Origin: the human T2T-CHM13v2.0 reference genome, Homo sapiens
Direction: 5' to 3' (one strand)
Assembly: GCF_009914755.1 (NCBI RefSeq)
Contig: NC_060927.1
DNA length: 64,000 nucleotides
The translations under genes and the position numbers were made by a program. The notes beneath the pieces are model-generated. The model was not told the origin of the DNA, did no database searches, and worked only from the letters and a program-made list of their open reading frames with translations. This document shows, piece by piece, positions 50,592-64,000 of this stretch (position 1 is the stretch's first letter; every line of letters starts with the position of its first letter).

Positions 50592-50907
50592 TTATTTATT
50601 TATTTATTTATTTATTTATTTTCATTTCAACAGGTTTTTGGTGGAATAGGTGGTGTTTGGTTACATGTATAAGTAAGTTCTTTAATAGTGATTCCTGAGA
50701 TTTTGGTTCATCCGTTACCCAAGCAGTGTACACTGTACCCAATATATAGTCTTTTGTCTTTCACCCCACTTCCACCAGTTCTCCCGAGTCCCCAAAGTCC
50801 ATTATATCATTCTTATGCCTTTGCATCCTCATAGCTTAGCTCCCACTTATGACTGTGAACATACAATGTTTGGTTTTCCATTTCTGAGTTACTTCACTTA
50901 GGCTAAT
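50592..50907 (-). mobile_element. L1 3'-end fragment (L1PB/L1MA-like) inside the MaLR internal region
   Basis: (TTTA)n tail, L1 3'UTR motifs; TSD tggctcctttt. Confidence 0.85.
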
Positions 50908-51128
50908 GAGCCCATGGCTCCTTTTTATTCATGGTAGTCTCTTTGGCAAATGGTAACTTGGGACACACCCTTGGTTTGCTCTCCTAAAGACCTTTTCACT
51001 CTTTATATGACCAGGCTGTGAATTTCCCAAATATTTTTGCCCTGATACCCTTTTAATTATAAATCCCATCTTTAAATCATTTCTCTTTTTCTTATATATT
51101 ACTGTGTGCAGTTAAAAGTAGCCACAAA

Positions 51129-51437
<309 letters not shown>

Positions 51438-53171
51438 TGTAGCCACACAGTTCCGTCAATATTTTCTTAGAAATCTGCTATCCTAGTACTTATCTCTTAA
51501 ATTCAGCCTTCCCTAAAGCCCTCAGGCATGGAGATAATTCAGCCAATTTCTTTGCTACCTTGTAACAATGTTGGTCTTTAGTTTCCAGTGCTTTGTTTCT
51601 CATTTCCATCTAGGATCTCATCAGAATGGCCTTTAGCATTCATATTTCTACCAACAGTCTAATCACAACACTTAAGTAATCTCTAAGAAGTTACTTTCTT
51701 TTCCTGCATGTCTTCTCTTTTTCTGACCCCCTCACCAGAATCATCCTCAATGTTCCATTCACAGCAATCTAGGCTTTTCCTAGCCTGCTCCTCCAGATTC
51801 TTCCAGCCTTTAGCCATTACCCATTTCCAAAACTGCTTCCATATTTTCAGATATTTGTTATAGCAGCAACCCAATGTCTGGCACCAATGTTTTGTCTTAG
51901 CCCTTTTTGTGTTGCTATAACAGAATAGCACAGACTCAGTAATTTATAAAAAAAAATATATTTTTTACAGTTCTGGAGGCTGGGAAGTCCAATATTAAGG
52001 TGCTAATCATCTGGTAAGGGCCTTCTTACTGCATCATCCCATGAGAGAAGGTAGTAAGGCAAAAGGGTACAAGAGATAGTGAGGGGAAGGGAGCCAAACT
52101 CAGCCCCAGTAAAATCTAAGTAGTTTTAGGTATCGAGTAGTCTTATCTTTGGTTCATGTGTCCTTCCTCTTGAATCATCTACTCTCAGACTTCATTTATT
52201 CTAGTGTGAATGCTTCATTAGAATCGTTTTTGAGAAGCTTCATTTTGCATCTCTGGCAAATTTTACAGTGAATAACAGCCAAAATTTGAAAGCTCTGAGG
52301 CTGGAGACCCAGTTGAAATGTTTCATATGGGTTTAAACCCCCAGGCCAGACTACATTAGCTTAAACACATAAGGCACATTATATAGAAGCCTACATTAAT
52401 ATTCATGATAATACTTTCATGGAAAAGTGCTTTCAGAATTAAACTGTGAAGAGCCATTTGCTTTGCTACTCCAAAGCAGTGCAATACAGAACCCTCATAT
52501 TCCCACTTCTCTTTCTTACCACACAACAGGAATAGTAAAAATTGAGGAGGGTAAACAGGAAGGTGAAAGCTGGAGGGAGATTGTCTCTGCTTCTGTAAAG
52601 TGATGCAGAAGCTCCCACAAGAAAAGGGATTAAAAACAGAAATTAGGACCATATGAGAGAAAGGCTAAGAAACAGACCCTTTCCAGAGAGTTTCTGGTGG
52701 TCAAGGCATAGCCTCTTAGGAAAAGATCTTGCTACATGTACCTTTACTTGTATTTTTCACCATTAGTTTTATTAACAATCAAACTGGTTTCCTTTTGCCA
52801 CTTTCTATAGGCAGCACTATCCTAGCTATCTTGATTTGTCAATTCTAAAAAATAGTTCAAACAGCCACTGACTCCTAGACAAAGGTTGTATTGGAATTAT
52901 AATGGATCAAGAGTCAGGTAAAATTTTTACTTCTCCAAGAAACTACTTTATACTCCTCTGTCTTTAAGTCACAGAAGAAGCATCACATAAAAGGCTGAAT
53001 GTTTGCTTGTTTTGACTGGAGGAGCACAAGGCTGAGTTATTCATACCCCACCCCTTTGACAGTATATTATGATTGCTGGTCTTTGAAAGGCCCATCACTT
53101 GCTTTCAAAAAATACATATATATTCCTTTCTATCTCTATTTCCTCCATTTCCACTTTCATTCACCCTTTAG

Positions 53172-53541
<370 letters not shown>

Positions 53542-53579
53542 TGGTTTTGTGTATTTTTAAAATTTGCAAGTGTTCTTGA

Positions 53580-56500
53580 AAATATATATTTACAATTTCA
53601 TGTCAATATTTTTTTAATGTGTGTAAATGGTTTTATGTTATATATCACATCCTCTAATATTTTTTCTCAGAACTTGGTTTTTATAATCAATCCATGCTGC
53701 TACATAAAATTCGTTGCTACTAACCACTAAGCGTTACACCACAATATGCAACCACCACTTTATAATTATCTCTACCCATGATAAGACACTCAAATTACCT
53801 CCAAATTTCTACCGCTACAAGAAGGTGGAAAATACATCCTCATGTATGTCTCCTTAGTACCTGCATAACAATTTCTTTGGAATAGATACCCAGCGGTGGA
53901 ATTGTGTGATCATTAAATAGGAATGTACTTAATGGCTCTGCAGAGGTACGTTCTCACCAGTGGAGTATAAGGATTTCTACATCCTTGCTTTCTAATTTTT
54001 GGCAGACTAATAGGTAATAAAGTAATATCTCATTGTTTTTCTGATTTCTAAGGAGATGGAGCATATTTTCATGTCATTTTCCAAATCTGAAAGTTTTCTT
54101 CTTTGAAAATTTTCCCTATTTTTTTACCATTTTTCTATTGATCCTTATTTGTTTTTCCTGCGGATTTGAAAAAAATTAAACATTTATAAATATCATCTCT
54201 TGATATTTATATTTTTGATATTTATTTGACAGAGACAGATCTGTCATTTGTCTGTTAATCTTACTATTCATGTCTCTCTTGTAAGATAAATTCTTAATTT
54301 TGTTATAATCCAATTTATTATTTCACCTTACAGTTTGTGAATTTAAAATTTTCCCCCATGCCATCAGTCACAAAGATATTCTCCCATATTGTTTCTTTAA
54401 TTTCATAGTTTTATTTTAACATTTTTGTCTTTATTCCATCTAGAATTCACCTTTACACTTGGTGGTAATTAGAAACCCACATTTATTTGTCTGCTAATAG
54501 CTGGCCACTCTTCGCAATACCATCTTTAAATAATCCACAGTGACTTACAGTATCATCTTTATCAAATATTAGGTTGTCATAGATATGAGTCTTTCTCTGA
54601 ACTTTCTGTTCAGTTTCATGTTCTGAAAATACCATATAGTTTTATTTCTATAGCTTTGTATTATTAGTATTTGATAAGGTATTTCTCTCTTTTATATTTT
54701 AGACATGTGTGGATTTTTAGTCCCTCACTTAAATTTTAAAATGAGTTTACTGAGTTTCTCAAAAATATTTTTTTAAACATATTCTGAATTTATAAATTTG
54801 AGGATGGCCACACATAGTAGCTCACACCTATAATCCCAGCACTTTGGGAAGGCTGGCCGGAGGATTGCTTGAGCCCAGGAGTTTGAGACCAGCGTGGGCA
54901 ACATAGTGAGACCCCATCTCTAAAAATATAAAATATAATAAGATAAAATAAAATCAATTTAATCACTTTATAGCATCACTCAATTCAACATCATGAAATA
55001 TCTTTCCATGGTTTTAATTCATTTTCTATGTCTTCAATTTGAGTATTAACATTTTCTCCATAGGGTTTTTATGTGTTCTTAAGATATTTCTAGATATTTT
55101 ATGGGACTTGCTGCTATTATGAATGGCATCATCTTTTTAATTTCTACTAGACTATTGCTTGCATAAAGAACTACTATGGATTTTTATAGGAGAGTCATAG
55201 AATTATCTGAATCTTTTATGTACTCTTATATTTTGTCTATGGATTCTATTTTTTTCCAGTATTATATCAATTAAAAGTAATGACAGGAATATATTATAGC
55301 TTATGATCTATAAAATCCCTATTTTTCTTTCCTTATTGCATTGAATGTAACCTCCAGTACTTTTCTTTTTGTTCTCAACCATAAAGAAACTATATCTAAA
55401 TTTTATCCATTAGGTATAATGTTTACTGCAGATTTTGTTCACTTTCTTTTTCTTTTTTCTTTGCCCTCTCTTTCTCTTTCTGTCCCTCCCTCCCTCTCTC
55501 CCTCACTCCCTCCTTTCTCATGCTAATTTGCTCAAAACAACCCTATCTTATTCTTGTTCTAGCTGACATTACCTTGTGCATTATTAATCCTGAACTGAAG
55601 TGTGAAAATTTGGAAGATTAATTACATGGTTATTCTATATTTAACCTTTATCAACCTCAGAGCCTTTTCTTATATTCTTAGTTTGAGAAAAGCTTTTATC
55701 ATAATTAATTAGTGATCTCTATCAACTGCTTTTTCTGTATGAACTGAGGTAATAATATACTTTCAGGGGTGGGGTCTTACTATGTTATCCAGGCTGGTAT
55801 CAAACTCCTGGCCTCAAGTGATCCTCCCACTTCAGCCTCTTGAGTGGCTGGGATTACAGGCATAAGCCACTGCACCCAGCTGATTTCCTCATGTTAAATC
55901 ATCTTTAAATTTCTGGAATAATTCTACTTGATCATGATATTATTTTTAACACACTTAAGATCGGACTGAATATCATTTTATTTAGAATTAATTCAGAAAT
56001 CAAAAGGAATGCTATTTTTCTTTTCTTTTATTCCCTCACTTAAATTTTAAAATCAGTTTACTAAATGTTGTCTTTATTTGATTTTGGAGTCAGGATTATA
56101 CAAGCCTCTTAGAATAAGCTCATTTTTAAAGGACAATATCTTAATACAGGAAACATTAATAATTTCTTAAAATTTGGAAGGGTTCATTTGTAAAACCATC
56201 TAGATCTGGGTTTCCGGAGAAATAGGAAGAAGAGGGCTTTGGCTGCGGTTTTAACTTGTTTAATACTTGTTTGTATAACTGAGTTCTCTATCGCTTCCTG
56301 TGAAATTACAGATATTTTATGTTTTTCTAGGAATACATCCATTTTATTTAGGTTTCCAAAAGTATTTGATTCAGCTGTTTGTAATATTTTATAATAATAT
56401 TTTTAATCTGTGTTGAGTTTAGAATATTTTCCCTTTCTATGTTGTACTCTATGTATTGGCATTTCCTCTTTCTCCTTTTTGTTTTTCCTTGATTATTCTT

Positions 56501-56700
56501 GCCAGATGTCAGTCTCACTTACTAACCTTTTCGAAGAATGAGAATTTGCTTTTGTTAATACTCACTTTTGTTTTTCTGTTTCACTTATTTCTATCTCTTT
56601 TTTTGGTATTTTAAAACTTCTTGTTACTCAGGGTTTGCTCTATTGTATTTTTTTGTGTTTGTTTTCTCAATTGGAAAGTTCAGGTCATTTTTTAAATTGT
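53580..56700 (-). mobile_element. Degenerate antisense L1M with FLAM monomers at 54806-54950 (+) and 55769-55881 (-)
   Basis: T-rich L1 ORF2/3' antisense phrases (atctcattgtttt, tgctattatgaatggcat, tgtaaaaccatctagatctgg). Confidence 0.6.
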
Positions 56701-58358
56701 CAAATCTGTTCTGTTACTACTGCCTTGTTAGTTAGAACCCAATGCCCCACCACACATACCAGCAGGTCAGGCCAGCTTTTCGCCTACCCAGGCATTTCTT
56801 AAACTTCTCGTTGTCATTTTATTTTGTTATTATTAGTGCTTGGAATCTTATTGTTTCTTTAGAGAAGATTTGAAGGGAGGGAGTCAGCATTCTGAGGTAA
56901 TTCACCAACTTATTTTAGAAACTAAAAATAATTTCTTTATTTTTTATTTTTCAGGTTTTTTCCTTATTTTATTTTTTGCCAGCTCACATCAAAAAATGAT
57001 TTCTAATCTTTATATTTAGGCTCAGAGTTCACCATTCTTCCCAGAAAGTTTCTCTCTCTTTAATAGAAACACCCACTCTATTAGGTGATACTAGGCCTAT
57101 GGAAATGGTAGTTACTTATTCTACTTCTTACAAAAGAGAAGAACACAATTTAAAAGCTATAATGAAACCCAGAGTACTTATTTCCAAATCGCATGTTTTC
57201 AAGATAGTACATGGAATATGTAGGCCAATTGAAGTGCTTTATTAGCCCCTGAAAACAAAGTCCAAATATTGCCCCAAATATATGGGTTGCAATTCTTTAA
57301 TTTCTTTGGTGACTTTATCTCACTACAGGGACCTTCCTGTATGAGCTGTTGTAGTTAGTAAAACTACTGTTAGATTTACCAGGGAAAGGATTGTTTTGTT
57401 TTGCTTTTCAAATTAGAGCCATTGGCCTATAGAATACACACACCAAATAATAAAAAAAGTGTAACTTAGGCAGGACATTTTTAAAAATTGTTTTTAACAG
57501 TGGAATTCACCACACATGTCTATATACAAATAAAGACCAAAATATGAAATTTAAATTTAAAAAAATCCTAATAAAAAGCATATTTTTTGTTTCACATGAT
57601 GAGTTGATTAAACAAGAATACATTTGAAGAAATTTTGACACAGTAAGTTATTTATATACATTGATTTATTTGGTGATTTAAAAGCTCTGAAGTTAGAAAA
57701 TATAGTTACAGTGCACACTTAAAACTACAGAACCTGGAAAGCTAAACAACTTGTTTAACCTGACACAGCTAAAAATTTTTAGGTCTGAGGCTGGAGCCCA
57801 CATCTTGTGTTTCTGTTTTAGTTTGTTTTATTTTATACTTTGGTTTTTTTTACTATGTTGCCAAATGAGATAGGCAAAGAGAAGAAAGAGTTGGGTGGGG
57901 CCAGAAAAGCGGAAGTTAAGAGAGATACGAGGATAAAAGAAACATACTTTATCTAAGGAACTTCCCCAGAACACATAATGCTGTATTAACAAGGTATTTA
58001 TCTTTATCCAAATGTACTCTGATCAAAAGAATGTATCCTCTACAGTAGTGTGCATGCAAAAATGCAGCCTCATTACATGGCCATAAGAAGCAAGAGTTAA
58101 CACCGTATTTTTTAATGCACACATAACATTTAACAGCCAAATATTGTCTATTTATTTTTATTATAAAATATTTACATTTTTATCTAAAATTAAAAAGCTG
58201 AAATAGTCTTGATATACTTTCTTTTCTACACTTTAATAGTACAAATTCTTGGGTTTCATTTTGAAAAGTGAGGAGTAACATGTAACTTTACAAAATAAAA
58301 CGTCTTTTTCATGGATGTATATCCATATCCCACTGCCCTTTTAAAATACACCAGCTAA

Positions 58359-58652
58359 GGCTGGGCAGGGTGGGTCATGCCTGTAATCCTAGCATTTTGG
58401 GAGGCTGAGGAGGGTGGACACTTGAGGCCAGGATTTCAAGACTACCCTGGCCAATATGGCAAAACCCCATCTTTAATAAAAATAAAAAAATTAGCTGGGT
58501 GTGGTGGCACATGCCTGTAATCCCAGCTACTTGGGAGGCTGAGGCACAAGAATCACTTGAACCCAGGGAGGCAGAAATTTCAGTGAGCCGAGAGTAGGCC
58601 ACCGCACTCCAGCCTGGGTGACACAGCAAGGTCCTGTCTCAAAAAAGAAAAA
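58359..58652 (+). mobile_element. AluS
   Basis: Dimer with A tail. Confidence 0.9.
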
Positions 58653-58976
58653 AAGTTAACCCATGAAAACGCATATGCTCATAGACTATGTCTAGCACCT
58701 CAGTATAACTGAGCATCAGCCCAAGAGCTTCATGAGAAAGACATGAAAAAGAAAAACACTAAAATTTAAAATGCCACATGGTAATTAAAAAACCGTTCCA
58801 AATCTCTCAACATTGTCTTAAATATAAAGACAGCAAAATTGCATATAAAATGAAACCTCACTCCCAAGGATAATGAAATTACATTGGATGGAATAGATAG
58901 GTGGAGAGTTAAACAGGAACATATCTAAGTTCCCTTCCATTTCTAAGATTATATAACTGAGATGTTTTGAACTTAC

Positions 58977-59001
58977 CTAAGTATTTTGGATAAAAATAAT
59001 C
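58977..59001 (-). pseudogene. PROS2P: Pseudo-exon 3 (aromatic stack, DYFYPKYL)
   Basis: 25 bp GATTATTTTTATCCAAAATACTTAG flanked by ctag acceptor and gtaagt donor. Confidence 0.95.
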
Positions 59002-59392
59002 CTAGAAAGAAGAAAAAGAAAACATACATCTTAGCAAATCTAAATTTCATTATAGAGTTAAAAATTTTATAATGTTTTTATATTAAATATGCAAACAAAT
59101 TATATATAACCATCATTTTCACATTATAATTTTTATATAGCAAAATATACCAAGAGAAAACAATAAAATTAAACCAGTAAGATACTTAGGCTTAAAGAAA
59201 TATTGATCAGTTAATCATGTTTCAAAAGTTTCTAATCTGAAAACAAGCTCTATTTAAGATGGTAAATATAATTATACATGCCCTTTTTTGTACATCCTTT
59301 AATTTTCCCATAATGATTAGATAACCATTTGACACATTTTATGTCATAACGATCACCTACACCAGATTCAATGTTGAATCACAGTAACATAC

Positions 59393-59707
59393 TTTATTTT
59401 TTATTTATTTATTTTTTGAGACGAGGTTTCCCTGTGTCACCCATGCTAGAGTGCAGTGGCATGACCATGACTCACCGAAGCCTCAACCTCCTGGGCTCAA
59501 GTAATCCTCCCATCTCAGCCCTCTAAGTAGCTGGAACTACAGGTACAGGCCACCATGCAGAGCTGATTTTTTGTTGTTGTTAATAATTTTTTTGTAGAGA
59601 TGGGGTCTCACTATGTTGCCTAGGCCTCAAACTCCTGGGCTCAAGCGATCCTACTGCCTTGGCCTCCCTAAGTGCTAGGATTACAAGTGTGAGCCAAGGT
59701 GCCCAGC
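59393..59707 (-). mobile_element. AluJ
   Basis: TSD acagt(a/g)acatacttt. Confidence 0.9.
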
Positions 59708-60304
59708 TAACAGTGACATACTTTGAAGTGAATTAAAGTAGACATTTCTCTTGTACATCTTATGTACATGTAATATGTTACTTATAAATTGGTTGTGTAC
59801 CAAAAGTTTTTCTGTCGATCAGTTATTTGAAGTAAAGAATGTGCTTTCTTAAAGGGAGAAAAATGTTAAACATTTCTGATAGTAAAGTTCTCAGGCTGGT
59901 TTACGAAAGCATTCTTAAGCCATAATATATCTAATGATGTGTTCCATTAACAGCACAAGAATACCTCATGAGAAACCAGAATTTCTGCACAAAGACATAT
60001 TCAGTGTTACCACTTAGTAAGTACAGAACATAAACTCATCCAGAACTGAGCCAAAGGCCTCATTCTTACCTCCTCTCACATATAAACCTACACAATAGAT
60101 GGGATTCAAAGGTGATGTTGCGACCATCAAAGGAATATATTAGAGATGTTGAGGCATAAGTAGTACTGTAGGGACTGGAAATGTGGACTATGGTATTAGG
60201 GATGTGGACAGGGAGTGGTTGGCTAGGGTCGAAAATGATCACACTTGTGATCATGAGAATCATAACACAGTAACAAATGTTTGGTGAGGGTGGGGCAGGG
60301 GGGT

Positions 60305-60578
60305 CACTGTGGTCACACGTGAAATCCTAGCACTTTGGGAGACTAAGGTGGGCAGATTGCTTGAGCCAAGCCTGGGCAACGTGGCAAAACCCCCTCTCTA
60401 CAAAAAATACCAAAATTAGCCAGGTGTGGGGCTGCACACCTGTAGTCTCAGAGACATAGGAGGCTGAGATGGGAGGATTGCCTGAGCTGGAGGGCGGGGC
60501 TGCGGTGAACCATGATCATGCCACTGCACTCTAGCCTGGGCGACAGAGCAAGACCCTGTCTTAAAAAAAAAAAAAAAA
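60305..60578 (+). mobile_element. AluJ with internal deletion
   Basis: Diverged dimer; its A tail abuts a T tract. Confidence 0.85.
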
Positions 60579-61086
60579 CTTTTTTTTTTTCATTTATCCT
60601 CTTTCTGTCTTGCTCTTTCTGTCACTTTTTTCTATTCTGTCAATGAGACCAATGATAGAACTAGTGGAAGGGAGGAAGTGCACAAATGAGTTTTCCTTCC
60701 TCATTATCTCTCCTCCTCTGCATCTAGGTCTTCTCCCTCACTGGGCTTTTGCTGCTTAGAGGGTAAGCTGATAGAATATATCTACTATGCTAGAAATACA
60801 CACTCAATGTTAATAAGTGATGTACTAATATGGTATCTTGGGCAGACAGGCATGCCTTACAATATTCCAGAATACCAAAACAAAAATTAGAATGGATGGG
60901 GTAAAAAATAGGTACAACAAGAATGGCAGAGTGTTGACCATTATTAAAGGGGTGGGGGAGTTTGTATACTGAAATTTATTACACTTTTCTCTCTACTTTG
61001 AGGTCTATTTAAAATCTATTTTAAAATTTCAATATTAGATGATACCTACAATCATGACTTAAAATCTTTCATGTAAAGTAACAGTA

Positions 61087-61390
61087 GGCCGGTTGTAGTG
61101 GCTTATGCCTGTAATCTCAGCACTTGGGGAGGCCAAGGCAGGTGGATTGCTTAAGCCCAGGAGTTTGAGACTTGCCTGGACAACATGGCAAAACCCCGTC
61201 TCTACTAAAAATACAAAAATTAGCCAGGCATGGTGGCACACACCTCTAATTCCACCTACTCAGGTGGCTGAGGCATGAGAATCTCTTGAACCCAGGAGGT
61301 GGAGGCTGCAGTGAGCAGAGATTGCACCACTGAACTCTATCCTGGGCAACAGAAAGAGACTTTGCTTCAAAAAATAAAAATTAAAAAAAA
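61087..61390 (+). mobile_element. Alu (S/J)
   Basis: Dimer with A tail. Confidence 0.9.
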
Positions 61391-61441
61391 TGCCAATGTA
61401 GAAATTTAATGAAGCATTGTGATAACAATCCAAACTAGCAT

Positions 61442-61442
<1 letters not shown>

Positions 61443-61482
<40 letters not shown>
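61443..61482. repeat. (CA)~20 microsatellite in intron 2
   Basis: Perfect CA run. Confidence 0.97.
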
Positions 61483-61484
<2 letters not shown>

Positions 61485-61822
61485 GTTAATACTTCAGATA
61501 TCCTCTCCCCTCCCTCTAACGCTATCAAATTCTAGTTAGAAGAAAATATTTGCAAACCATAAGGTCAATACTATTTGCTGATAATGAGGTGTAACTGAAC
61601 TATAGTTTAGTCAGGACAAGCTGTTATTGGTGATCATGTCTGCCTAACAAGCCCACTTTCCTTTGAAGGTAGTTCCTCCTGAAATGGAAGTGGTTACATG
61701 TGGAAGGTGATACACAAAATTATTGACTTTAAGATGGAACAGAAGGAAGTATAGGCTGAAAATGTTCAGTCTGTAGTTGTATGTCTAGATGTGTGAACTT
61801 GATAGTTTCCATAAATGCTTAC

Positions 61823-61980
61823 CATTTCAGGGTCATTTTCAAAGACCTCCCTGGCTGCTTCTTTATTGCACAGTTCTTCGATGCATTCTCTTTCAAGATT
61901 ACCCTGTTTGGTTTCTTCAAGTAAAGAACTTGCACGACACTTCCTAAACAGGACTTGTGAAGCCTGTTGCTTTGACAAAA
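61823..61980 (-). pseudogene. PROS2P: Pseudo-exon 2 (propeptide + Gla domain)
   Basis: 158 bp, LSKQQASQVLFRKCRASSLLEETKQGNLERECIEELCNKEAAREVFENDPEM. Donor gtaagc intact; acceptor reads ...ttccttcac (AC, not AG). Versus PROS1: V37F, R40C, N43S, E67A, T78M. Confidence 0.96.
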
Positions 61981-62295
61981 GTGAAGGAAAAAATAAGTTT
62001 ATATGAATTAATCATTTTTCCATCGAAAATATATTGTTTTATTAAACAATAATAGTTAAAATCATTTTCTGTCTATGAATTGTTTGACATTTAAAATCAG
62101 TATGATCGAACTGAGAAAAAAACGCAGATATAGAAGCTTGTTGGTTAACAACAATTCACAGAGCAGGTTTGGTGTGCAGCTGTAGCCCTTGTATGATGGT
62201 CTACACTAATTATTCAGGTTTATACTTGAGGTTAAACACACCAAATAATATTCAATATTTCCTTCATTATGCCTACATCGGAGAAAACATACTGA

Positions 62296-63011
<716 letters not shown>

Positions 63012-63654
63012 CCATACCATCTTTAAAGCAAGAGTAATAAACTTTCTCAGTTTTAATGAAAAACCTTTAAGATCTCTGTGGATATTGTTGTTGAACAGCA
63101 ACAACAAAAATAACATAACAAAGTTCAATATCAAGCAACAGACTGGAGGAAAATACTTACAGCATAGAGAATAGAAAAAATAGCATCCAGATAAGCCGAC
63201 CAATACAGAAATGCATGTATGGTTGTATATAGAATCATTTCTAAAATATAAAAAAACTATAAAGAAAACAATATAAACAATCCTATAAACCATCATGACA
63301 GAGAATAAATGGGCAATAAACATTATAAAGTGTTCAAATCAAACTATTTTAAAAAATATATTTTTGCATATTAGACTGGCAAAACTTTAAAAGAATGATA
63401 ATATCAATTATTGGTGAGAGTAAGGGAAAACATGTATTCTTGTACACTGGTAGTGGAGCATAAACTGGCAGGTTTTATTTGAAGGTATTTTGGTAAAATT
63501 TCAAGCACATATACTCTTCATCTCAACAACTCTGCTTCTAAGTATGTCGTACATATATGCCCATGTGCTGGAAAAAATAGCATTATTTATTGAAAGACTG
63601 TTTGTGAGATCAAAAAATTAAAAATGACTTAAATATCTATTAAGAGGAGCACAG

Positions 63655-63952
63655 GATCAGGCACGGTAGCTCATGCCTGTAATCCCAGCACTTTGGGAGA
63701 CCAAGGCAAGAGGATCACTCGAGCCAAGGAATTCAAGACCAGCCTGGATGACAAAGAGAGACCCCATATTTCCAAAAAATTTTAACAATTGTCCAAGTGT
63801 AGTGGTGCACGCCTGTAGTCCCAGCTAGTCAGGAGGCTGAGGCAGAAGGATCACTTGAGCCTGTGAGGGGTCAAGGCTACAGTCAGCTATGATCACACCA
63901 TTGCACTCCAGTGTAGGTGACAGAGCAAGACCCTGACTTAAAAAAAAAAAAA
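63655..63952 (+). mobile_element. AluJ
   Basis: Diverged dimer with A tail. Confidence 0.88.
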
Positions 63953-64000
63953 AGGAGGGGAATGGAAATAAAAGCTATAAAAACTTGTACTGTGGAATAA

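Noticed and set aside
49831-50698. ORFs in the MaLR internal region as retroviral genes
   Set aside because: Short, fragmented frames in a non-autonomous MaLR interrupted by later insertions.

Overview
Primate (most likely human) genomic DNA, AT-rich and dense in repeats. The minus strand carries an unprocessed, intron-containing copy of the vitamin K-dependent protein S gene, exons 2-15 (about 5715-61980). Exon lengths match PROS1 as I recall them, except exon 10, which is 2 bp short. The copy is disabled by an AG>AC change at the exon 2 acceptor, four in-frame stops (codons 102, 340, 451, 563; mature numbering 61, 299, 410, 522), a 2-bp frameshift at the end of exon 10 and two lost EGF cysteines. 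This identifies it as the protein S pseudogene PROS2P (PROSP/PS-beta), not PROS1. The rest is interspersed repeats: about 40 Alu elements or fragments, L1/L2/MIR pieces, MER2, solo MER11 and MER52 LTRs, and a MaLR provirus containing nested THE1-type LTRs. I found no intact protein-coding gene and no convincing new biological system. The most interesting points are: (1) an L1PA/AluY fusion at ~1779 that looks like a rearrangement or duplicon breakpoint; (2) pseudogene alleles identical to protein S deficiency mutations; (3) a head-to-head AluY pair only ~35 bp apart; (4) the same Cys>Arg change in two EGF exons; (5) serial and nested retroelement insertions readable from their TSDs. All comparisons with PROS1 use my recollection of the canonical protein/cDNA and need an alignment to confirm. 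Repeat subfamily calls and repeat ends are approximate.
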